Shown here piece after piece: positions 11,826-22,600 of a stretch of 64,000 nt of DNA. The stretch is from Lobosporangium transversale. Taxonomy: Eukaryota. Each line of letters starts with the position of its first letter. Position 1 is the first letter of the stretch. A program made the translations under genes and the position numbers. The notes beneath the pieces were generated by a model. It was given only the letters and a program-made list of their open reading frames with translations, had not been told where the DNA came from and did no database searches. The stretch is taken from contig NW_019029010.1 in NCBI RefSeq assembly GCF_002105155.1, positions 1-64,000 of the forward strand, read 5' to 3'.

Positions 11826-13619
11826 ATGCACTCACCTACTTTGCGATCAATCGCACTCGTCGGTGCGCTGGTGGCAGTTATCCATGCCAATACTGCTTTT
11901 GTCAACGCTGCACCTGACGATCTTCCTCCCCATCCTTCCCCTTCTTCCAAGTGCTATTGTCAGCCCACTGATCCATGCTGGCCCAACGATGCCACTTGGT
12001 CTGCTCTCAATACCGCTGTAGGTGGTCGATTGATCCCTACCAAGCCTGCTGCTTATGAGTGCCACGACCCTCATTATGACGCAGCCAAGTGCCAAGAGAT
12101 CCAGAAAGGCTATCACTTTGACTACTGGAGACATAAACAACCGGGTGCAGTGGAGCAAACTAATTGGGAAGTTTTCAACTACCGCAGCTGTCGTGGATTC
12201 AACCAGACTGAACCTTGTTACCAAGGCGCTGTCCCTCTTTATTCCGTCAATGTCACCAATGTCCAGGATGTTCAGCATGCAGTTCGTTTTGCAGCCAAAA
12301 ACAATATTCGCCTCGTCATCAAGAACACCGGGCATGATTACCTTGGGCGTAGTATTGGCGTTTCATCCCTTAATGTCTGGGTTCACCATTTGAAGAAAAT
12401 CGCGTTGGATGATAATTTTGTGCCAGAGGGTGCGCCTCGTAGGACCCCAGGCCAGGGCGCTATCATCCTTGATCCCGGTGTGATCTGGCAGGAAGCCTAT
12501 GCTGCCGCAAATGAGCATAATGTGACAGTCGTGGGCGGTGCTCATCCAACAGTTGGAACCAGTGGTGGTTACTGTCAGGGTGGAGGACATAGTCCCCTCT
12601 CTCCTCGTCACGGCCTCTGTGTCGACAATGTGTTGCAATACAAGGTCGTTACAGCAGATGGGCAACTCAGAGTCGCCAATGCTTACAAGAACAAGGACCT
12701 CTTCTGGGCGCTCCGCGGAGGCGGAGGATCTACCTTTGGTGTCATCGTCGAGGCAGTCTACAAGACTCATCCCGCAATTACAGAGTTCAGTTATGCCGGC
12801 TACCGCATCGGATTCAATGGAACTGAGGCTCGCCGCAAGGTCTATACCAGCTTCTTATCTCAGCAGCTTGCATGGGGCGCAGCCGGGTACTCAGGCTACT
12901 CCTACTTCCAACTCGAGGGTTTGATGTTCTACTACATGTTTCCAGGCGTAGGTTCTACAGTTGTCAACAGTACAATGTCCGCTTTCTTGAAGGAAATTGC
13001 TTCTATCCCGAACATCACTATTGAAGGAGAAGCCGTCTCTGCTGGATCCTTTTGGGAGGCTTTCGGGCCATTAGTAACCAACAATACCGAACCCACCTCT
13101 GGATCAAATACCATTTTGGGTTCGCGTCTAATCCCAAAGGCCAACTTTGAGGATGCTGCAGGCATTAGTCAGCTGGTGGATGTGATGATGGAGGCGCAGG
13201 ATGACCTTGGTAAGCTCATGGGTCCTGCTGGAGCTACTGTTCTAGGTCATTTGGTTGCAGGAGGTCAAGTGAGTAAGGGTAACAGCCGAGAAACCTCAGT
13301 GCTTCCTGCGTGGCGCAAAGCATTGTTTCATGTGGTTGTAGCAGCGTTCTGGCCCGATACGGCTCACCCAGGGGCGCCTCAATATATGGGAGAAAAAATC
13401 ACAGCAACGACTCAGCGGTTTAGAGATATCAGTCCTGGATCAGGAGCGTATTTCAATGAGGCAGATCCTAATGAGCCTGACTGGCAGGAAGCATTCTTTG
13501 GAAGCAACTATCCCCGCCTTAGGGCCATCAAGCGTAAATTGGACCCTCGAGGTGTTTTTGTCTGTCATAATTGCGTTGGCAGTGAGGACTGGAATAAGGA
13601 GCTCACTTGTCGTCTCTAA
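11826..13619 (+). CDS. Secreted FAD-linked oxidoreductase (BBE/VAO family)
   Basis: Signal peptide, KNTGHDYLGRS FAD-attachment His motif, DLFWALRGGGG, and C-terminal BBE motif GAYFNE...FFGSNYPRLRAIKRKLDP. TATAAATA at ~11739. Single exon. Confidence 0.92.
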   Translation: MHSPTLRSIALVGALVAVIHANTAFVNAAPDDLPPHPSPSSKCYCQPTDPCWPNDATWSALNTAVGGRLIPTKPAAYECHDPHYDAAKCQEIQKGYHFDYWRHKQPGAVEQTNWEVFNYRSCRGFNQTEPCYQGAVPLYSVNVTNVQDVQHAVRFAAKNNIRLVIKNTGHDYLGRSIGVSSLNVWVHHLKKIALDDNFVPEGAPRRTPGQGAIILDPGVIWQEAYAAANEHNVTVVGGAHPTVGTSGGYCQGGGHSPLSPRHGLCVDNVLQYKVVTADGQLRVANAYKNKDLFWALRGGGGSTFGVIVEAVYKTHPAITEFSYAGYRIGFNGTEARRKVYTSFLSQQLAWGAAGYSGYSYFQLEGLMFYYMFPGVGSTVVNSTMSAFLKEIASIPNITIEGEAVSAGSFWEAFGPLVTNNTEPTSGSNTILGSRLIPKANFEDAAGISQLVDVMMEAQDDLGKLMGPAGATVLGHLVAGGQVSKGNSRETSVLPAWRKALFHVVVAAFWPDTAHPGAPQYMGEKITATTQRFRDISPGSGAYFNEADPNEPDWQEAFFGSNYPRLRAIKRKLDPRGVFVCHNCVGSEDWNKELTCRL

Positions 13620-16600
13620 ATAGTCAAAGAGTGTATACATTTTAGAAAATAAAAAATAGACAAGTCATCTCCATTGATCATTCCACGTGTATTCACGATT
13701 GCTTCTGCCAGCTTGTGTTCAGATCACAGATTCCATTTTTGGGTACAAAACATTCAAAGGAAAAATAGAGGAGTCATTTTCTCTAGGATCCTAGAATGAT
13801 GAAAGATAAGAGATATTTAGGCCAAGAAGGAACGCGTACCATATATACTGCCTCTATCTGTTCTTAACATCATCAAAGATTCTTTTTTTTTTTTTTTTAG
13901 GATACTCAGGACAGCTTGCGCCAACAAGGAAAACGTAAAAATAAAAGAGCAGGCACCAACAACCTGCAAATCGAAGCAAGAAGGTTTACTATCAACGTTT
14001 GGGGACCCTTTTTTTTTTATTTTTTTTATTCTCAGTTCCCGTCTTTCTTATCGCGATCACTATGCATCGAAGTGAATAAAAAAAAATTAAAATGTCAAAA
14101 AAAGACTCATCATTAATTATGGTATGGATGTAATACGTTAATGATAATGAAATGCTCAAATTTCTAATAAAGAACTAGACCCTGAAGGATTCTACATGGC
14201 ACATGCGCAGTACATTTCCGCCCTTTTCCCTCTCTCACTTTTTCTCTATTCTCAAACAAAGATGTTGAATGCCAGTATTATTTCTTGAGATTAAAACCAT
14301 TTACCTCAGTTCCACACATATAATAAAAACAAGTTTCAAGAGCTATACACGATCAAAGACTTGCGATCATTTCTTATCGACTTGCGACTGACTGATTGTT
14401 AAAAAAAAAAAAAAAAAAAAAAAAGTATCGCATTGTTTTCCTTATTGTCGTGCACATGAGATTGTGTACATTCGGTTATCTGTCAGTTTTCAAAATCGTA
14501 ATCAGATTCATCAGCTATTGTTCGGATTGTGTTTCTGTGGATCTGAATGTATGCGCATAAGACACCTTGAGGAGACACCATACATTTACCTGTGTGTTTT
14601 TTTTTTTTTCCTTTTGTCTCCGGTCTCGAACCATGAAGGCATTTGTACAAAATAGCCGCGTGATGGGAGCAGTGAAGAGATGAAGCGTTCCTTTGTCTAT
14701 AACCCGTTGGGGAGCTCCGTGCACTTTACGTCTCACTGGTTATCTTGCATGCAACGGTAAAGCATAAACAAAAAAAAAAAAAAAGGATCAATAATAAGCA
14801 GTTATAGAAGGACGACGTTGAGTTGAGATATAATCACGATAAGAAAAAGAAGTAAGGGAAAGTGGTCTTTATTTACACAAGCGTGGGTGGATCCCAAGCT
14901 TTGTGCAACATCCATGTCCACCCCTAGCCTTGTCTGTAATCTAAGAAAGTACAAACCCTCGGACTACAGTCATGAGATGAAGCATTGTGGATATATTTAT
15001 ACAATATATAAATATAAATATATATATTAATATGTAGACATTTGTACTGTCAACGAAAGCATTATTTTATAAAATAAAGAAAATGATTATGATCGTGATG
15101 GACTATCCATCGTTTTGTTTTGTGATTTATCATCAAACCTGTTCAAGGGAGTTTTACCCAAGTCTTTTTTTTTTTCACCTGGAGGTTACTCCCAAGAGTT
15201 TGAGAGCATTTGTAAGATTTCTTATCATCAAAATCAAAGAGATACTCTGTGTCTCGAGAGCTGTTTGGTCCTTTTTTTTTATCTTTATTATTTGTTAATA
15301 ACAAAAAAAGAGAGGAAAGGAAGTGATTCCGGACCCTTAGAGATCCTGTAGCTCGAATGAGCTTGTTCGGTAATGAAGCTGAGATCGATGAAAGAGAGAG
15401 GAATAGGTGATGAGAGCCGATTTTCCCTTGAAAGGGTTTTGAAATGTGAAAAAAATAAGAGCACTTGAACAAACATGTGCAGGGAGAACCCCATAGATGA
15501 AGGACGTTATACAAATCAAGAAGAGAGATGAGAGAGCAACCGACTTTTTACAACACGACAAGGTTCTGTTTGCACACAGAGCAGGAGTGGTATTGGTGGA
15601 TGAGTTAGGGTCTACAGTGGGTTGGGACATCTTTTGCATGGACACAAATATGGTCTAGCAAACAAACATGGATATTCAAAATGGCCACCTCGACTGATTG
15701 CACTACCAACTGTCTTTAATCCAGCCAATGAGCGTATCCGTTTCCCTGTTTGGATCCTAAAATCAAGATTGTGCATCTCCACAAACAAAAGAAAATGCGC
15801 GCCAAAGAAAAATAAATAAAATCAATATTGGGAACCTGTTTAATGGATTAATGGAACGAAGGAGGCGTTGCACAATCAATGAAAAAAGAATAGTCATTTA
15901 TTCTCTTAGTTATTTTAAAACAATGAGCCGTTTACTCGACTATATTTTAGATCTTTTCTGATTGAAAAAAAAAAAAAAGAAAAAAAAAAATCCATGTCTA
16001 CAACAATAGTTGTTCTAAGGAAGAGATGTCCTTCCTTTTGACCTCGCTTTGGGTAAAGAAAAGAGGATCCTCAGATGTAAGAATAATGTGTAGATACAGA
16101 TGCAAGAGTCGCTCTCTTTGTCAACAACCAACAGCAACAATCTATCCATATCCTGTTGTCCTACATCCATTTATCGTTCATCCTCCATCCTCCATCACCC
16201 ATCACCCATCGCATCCCTTTTTTGTTTGTTGACCTGCAAACACAAAATGTAGAAATAAGGTTGGGCAGACAGAACATGCAAGCCAGGTCGGTTACATACA
16301 TGATAAGATGTCATTCGATCATCCCTTGCTTTATCTTCCCTGACGCCAATCCAAATTAACCTTGTCTTTTTATATTCTATCGTGCCTTTACTTTCATTCA
16401 TCCTGATCTTTCTGCTCACTAAACTTTCACAGGGATCGCTTGCGCCAACTGATATTATTATACCTTATACCTAGAATCATAATCCAAGAACTTGTATAAA
16501 TACCACCTTCCTCCTCTTTTTCTGTTCCTTGTCTTCTGCACCTCGTCTTCTCCAAGTCTCCCTTGCCTAACGGATCTAATCCTCTTCTTCCTACCGCCTC

Positions 16601-16734
16601 TACCCTTACCCGTCCTCCTACGCCCACTCCTCCTACGCCCACTCCTACTTCTCCCTCTTCATCTTAATCTCCTTGCTTCGGGCACGAGATCTCCTCACTA
16701 ACGTCTAAAAACCTCACACGCGTACAAACAAGAA

Positions 16735-18610
16735 ATGAGAGCTACCATTTTGTCTTTGGCCAGTGTGGCCTTCCTTATTGCATCCGTCTCCTCTGCACCT
16801 ATCGAGAAGCGCGCTGCTGCCGACAAGCTCGTTGTCGGATACTGGGTTCCATGGGGTGATGTTCCAGTCTCGGCTGTTGACTTCTCCAAGTACACTCACA
16901 TCAACTAGTAAGTCCTGATCGAATGTTTTTCTATATTCTACGCTTTTAATGCCTGTCCGTCTATCTGTCCAACCGCATACTCTATGAACAATAAAATAGA
17001 GTGGATTGGAAAAGTAGAACTTGCTAACCTCCAAGGATATTTTTCTAATGCTTGTAAAAAAAAAAATAAAAAAAAAAACAGCGGTTTTGGTGTGATGAAA
17101 AAGAGTGCCCCCAGCCCTGCAGATATTGTGTTTGATCGTTACTACGATGGTACTCCCATGAGGGAGTTGGTCAAGAGGGCAGCTCCTTACAAGGTCCCCA
17201 TCTTGATGTCAATTGGTGGCTGGACCGGTTCCGAGACCTTCTCCATCGTGGCCGCAGATGCTGCTCTGCGCAAGACTTGGATCAACAACGCCTTGGTCTT
17301 CGTCCGCAAGAACACCCTTGGCGACAGTGCAGAGAAGCCCAACGGATGGGACATGGATGGTATTGATATCGATTGGTAAGTCTTTTTTTTTATTTTTATT
17401 TTTATTTTTTTTATAATATATATCAGGATGTGTATCCTTTATGTGTATTGATTACTATGAAAGAAGGGAATAGCTAACTTGTCTGTTGCATTTACTTGTG
17501 CTATGAAATTCTGATAGGGAGTACCCTGGACGCGCTGGTGCCCCATGCAACACCTACACTCCTCAGGACTCTGCCAATTACCTCCTCTTGTTGAAGGAGC
17601 TCCGTGCTGCTTTGGATGCAGAGTTCCCCACCAACCGTAAGCTCGTCACCGCTGCTGTCCGTGTTCAGCCTTTCGATGGCACTAGCGGCAGACCTATGAG
17701 CGATGTTTCTGCCTTTGTTCCTTACTTTGACTGGCTCTCCATCATGGCTTATGATATCCATGGATCATGGAGCAGAACTACTGGACCAAACGCTCCTTTC
17801 GGCACTCCCTCAGCTCCAGGTGAACCCTTCGGAGTCATCCAATCCGTTACTTCATGGAGGTCTGCTGGATGGCCTTCTGACAAGTTGGTTGTCGGTACTG
17901 CTTTCTACGGTACTGCCCTCACCGCCACTGTTGATATGAACACTCAGAACCCCATTACCCAGTATGTCCCCCACACCGGATCCGCTGCTCTTGTGAAGCG
18001 TGCTGCCAGCAACGTGACCACTACCGCCGCCTGCGGTGTCAAGGAGATCATTGCTGAGCCCACCGGCACCTGGAGATGGAAGGACATCCGTGCCAACATC
18101 TTGACTGGAGGACCCACCACCCCTGCTGCTGGCTGGAAGCGTTACTGGGATCCTGAATCCCAGACCCCATGGGCATTCCGTGCCTCGGACAAGAAGTTTG
18201 TTTCATATGATGATATTCAATCGATCACTGTCAAGGTCAACTATGTGAAGCAGCAGAACTTGCGTGGTGTGATGTTCTGGGAGATGTCGCACGATTACAA
18301 CGACGAATTGTTGAATGCTTTGAACACTGTTCATGGTGGACCTTCGCCTACTACCACCACCACTTCTGCCTCCACCACTACCACTACAGTTAGCACCCGT
18401 GTTTCGACCACGACCACGGCTGTGACCACAACTACTCCAGGACCTGGTGTCTGCAGCGGTGTCCCTGCCTGGAACAGCGCCACTGTCTATGCTACCCCTG
18501 GAACCAAGGTCACATACAATGGTCATCTCTGGACCAACCAGTGGTGGACTCAGGGCGAGGCTCCTAGCGGCTCTTCTTGGGGAGTCTGGAAGGACAACGG
18601 TGCCTGCTAA
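16735..18610 (+). CDS. Secreted GH18 chitinase with Ser/Thr linker and C-terminal CBM5/12; 3 exons (16735-16907, 17082-17375, 17518-18610)
   Basis: Signal peptide plus IEKR propeptide. Motifs SIGGW, DGIDIDWEYP (DxDxE, joined across intron 2), MAYD, SYDD and GVMFWE. CBM5/12 motif WNSATVY...VTYNGHLWTNQWWTQGEAP. Confidence 0.95.
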
Positions 18611-19675
18611 AAAAGAAAGAGAAGAAAAAAAAAAAAAAAAAAAAAAAAAAAGGAGAGGATTAAGTGTTGATCACTTTAGCAGTATCTCCATTACAAAATA
18701 ACGAAAACAGGACAAAAAAAAAAAAAAAAAAAAAAAAGAAAAGACTTGTTGATCAAGCAATAACAAATAACCAAAGAGTGCAGGTTCACTCATTTAACGT
18801 ATTATCAATACATTCTATTTTCCACCTTCCCTATCCCACATCAATTTTTTTTTTCTTCAAGTAGTTCATTGTAGTCAATGTCCCCCCACTTTAGGATGAC
18901 GAATACTTCATTTATTCTCTCTCAGCTATTTTAGTTTCTCCTACGATGAATGAATAAAATGAAAAAGAAAATACTAAAGTAATGTAATAAATCAATATGA
19001 TATGAGCAGATCTTTGAGCAAATGCTCTATTGAACGCGCCTAAACATATTCAGAAAGGACGAAATAGCTTATTTCCATCTTTTGTAGCAAAGTCACTCCA
19101 GGCGCTTCAAGGACAAGGAGGGCTCCAATTCTTTCAATGGATACAGCAAAAGTGAATCAATAGCCCTGAAGGGGGTACTGACCCCACAGGGGCAAGATCA
19201 TCGTGTCTATTGTGCTTCTAATCAATAACACATCAGTATCAAGGGAACAGACAAACAGAATTTTATAAACATTATGATTTAGTCCTGAGTATAGATGAAA
19301 TAAAGGGATGAATTAGTGGGTGAGGTGAATCAGAATGATGAATGATGCACAAGGCAAATAATTGGTTCTAAACAGTTAAAGGCACATTTGAACATGGACC
19401 AGAGTGGTGAGTGGCTTGATGCTACAGAACCACACGCTTATTATTCGCTTATTATTACAATGGGTCATTTCTTTTTTTTACAATTTCACCATCAACAAAG
19501 TCCATTCTGATGGCACCACCTAATTAACAACACGCGTATTCCCCAACAGCGCCCCCTAATCCAATTACGAGCTGTTACTGTCATATCCCGTATCTTTATT
19601 AACATTGAAACCACCTTTTATCTCGAGGAAAAACAAAAAAAAAAAAAAAAAAAAAAGCCAGAAAAGGACGCTGCT

Positions 19676-22600
19676 ATGCCCCAAAAAAAGAGCTCCATTC
19701 TTAACAGTAATATCTCAGGACATGCTGAACGAAGAGTAGCTGAAGAAGGGATCGATACCCACACTCATCTTCGCACTGGCATCGAAACGAGCTTGCGTCA
19801 GTTCAGGTGCAGGAGGCTTGTGAAAAGACCTGAAGACTGTGATTTCTATATCCAGCTTCAAGGTAGAGTAATTCCTCAAGTGCGTGAGGATGAAGAACCA
19901 TTGATGGAGATTGCAAAAAAGTTTTTGAGTAGTAACAAGAAGGTGATGCTTGTTCAAGGTTACCCGGGAACTGGAAAGTCAATGTTCTGTCGCACATTGG
20001 AGCGTTATCTGTGGGATAAATATGAAGAGAACCATAGGCGAGTCCCTCTTTTCATCAGCCTGCCAGCAATTAACAATCCCCAGGTTGACCTCGTTGTGAA
20101 GCACCTGCAGGAAGAGGCCTTTACTGAGGCACAGATCAGAGAACTGAAAAAGAGCCACAGCTTCATTCTCATCTGTGATGGTTATGATGAAAGCATGCGA
20201 GCCAACAATCTTTATATGACTAACCGTCTCAATCAGTCTGGAGAATGGCGTGCACAGATGGTGATCAGCTGTAACAGCGACAGCCTTGGACCAAACTATC
20301 AAGATTGCTTTCAACCTACACGTCATAATCTCCGGAAAAGCCAATCTTTGTTTTTGGACGTTGTTATAGCGCCGCTCTGTGAGATGCACGTGCACGAAGC
20401 CTGCGAGCAGTATATGGAAGCTATGGGCACAGCATGGGATGCTGAAGACTACAGCCGAGCTTTTCGTTTGATCCCAGATTATGATGAACTCAAGAGGAAC
20501 CCCTTTCTGCTGTCAATGTCGTTGCAGGTGCTTCCACAGATGATGGGCCCTGGTCAGAGCTCAACCCCAGAAATCAAACGCATCTCGATCTATGATCAGT
20601 TCATCCAACTGTGGTATGAGAAGAAATTGAAAGATGTTTTGGAACTGGAAGACAAGAGAACATTAGAACTATTGTCGGATGGAAAGTTTGCACAGAAGGG
20701 GATTAAATATATAGTATCGTTAGCAACAGCAATCTATAGACACCAAGGAAATAATGCAGTAGTGGAATATTCGCCCCTCCAGCATAAGGAAACATGGAAA
20801 GAAGCGTTCTTTGGCAGAGACAATGGAGACCAACTGTTACTCAAGGCATCGCCCCTGGCCCACATTGGCAATCAATACCGGTTTATACATCACTCACTGC
20901 TGGAGTACTGTTTGGTGCGTGCAATATTTGAGCCACAGGATGCAAGAAATGTAGGCATCCTTAAAGACCATGATGACGATGTATACAAGGGTTATGCGCT
21001 TACAGGAGCATCTGATGCGCCATCACTTCTGATCTGGAGGGGCATTGTGAATGAACCCTCGGTCGCCCAGTTCCTAGCAGAGCGAGCTTTACTAGAACCT
21101 ATTTTCAAAGAGCAGCTTCTTGCGTATGTTGAGCACTCGAAGAGCAACAGCAAGTGGAGGATTGCAGCAGCGAACGCCATGACGATCTTGGTGCGAGCAG
21201 GAGTGTCATTCAGCGGAGCTGATTTACGTGGAATTCAGATCCCTGGAGCGGATGTGAGGCATGGCAACTTTGATTCTGCTCAACTACAAGGAGCAGACTT
21301 GAGAAAGGTCAAGATGCGCAGTTGCTGGCTTCGTGAAGCTGACCTGAGTGGTGCACGAATGAAAGGGGTACAGTTTGGTGAATGGATGTATAACCTATTG
21401 AATTCACATATGATTGACGGCGCATACTCACCCTGCGGAAAGACGTTGGCAGTATGCACTACCAACATACTATGTGTTTATGACACATCAACATGGGACC
21501 AGCTTTGGACATATGGTGGCGATTTCTATACCTTCAATCCTTATTCACCAGACGGTCGATACCTCGCTTTTGTCTCTGCCAGGACTGAAATACATATATG
21601 TGAAGCAAAGTCAGGAAAGCACACTCTAAGCTTGATAGGGCACGAGAACGAGATCCGATTTCTAGTGTACTCACCGGATGGATATCAAATCGCCTCTGTT
21701 GGACAAGATTACACAACAGTGCGTGTGTGGAGTACTTTTTCAGGATCACTTTTGTATGCTTTGGAAAACAATGGAATGCCTATGGCCTATTTAGAATACT
21801 CTCCTGACGGACATCAACTTGCTTCATCAGCCCCTGATAACGTGACTCAGTTATGGGATCTAGAAACAGGACAACTGCAGCTTGTACTAGAAAGTCATAA
21901 GAGCCACACTGGCCGGACTGTATATTCATTGGACGGCCGAGAAATATATTCCCATACTGATGATAATACTATATGTATGTGGGACACAAAGTCAGGCCAG
22001 CTTAAGCGGACTATTGAACTTGAGATTTGTTGCAAAGGCGTCAAATTCTCCCCTGATCGGAGGCTCATAGCTTTGTGGTATAAGTATGATGTAGACGTGC
22101 GTGGCACACAAGCAAACAACCTCATCTGCATCCTTTCAGGACATATTGGTCTAATCGAGGAGGTGGCGTTCCAACCCAATGGTCATCAGCTTGCTACATG
22201 CGCCGCTGACATGACTATACGGCTCTGGAACATCAGAACGGGGGAAGTCAACAATATTTTGTATGGACATATGCGCCCTATTAACTGCATACGATTCTCG
22301 CCAAGCGGACATCAGTTGGCAACTTGTAGCGACGACTATACGCTACGTGTGTGGGATGCACGACAGCCGCCATTCTTTCATGCTATACCTGGTCATGAAT
22401 GTGTTATTAACTGTGTGGTTAGTTCACCTGATGGAACGCGGATAGCTTCTGGCAGCAATGACTGTACAATACGTCTCTGGGACGCGCAAACCGGGGTAAC
22501 GCTCCAGACACTTAATACCCATATGGCTGAAGTAACTAACGTCAGATATTCGCCAACTGGTCATCTACTTGCGTCTCGTGATAGAGCCAACATTCTATGT

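Noticed and set aside
14464..16420. Short ORFs upstream of the chitinase
   Set aside because: No recognisable domains; AT-rich with homopolymers.
19162..19193. GC-rich hairpin GCCCTG..GGGGT..ACCCC..CAGGGGC as a Helitron end or terminator
   Set aside because: Imperfect stem, no downstream CTRR end and no other support.
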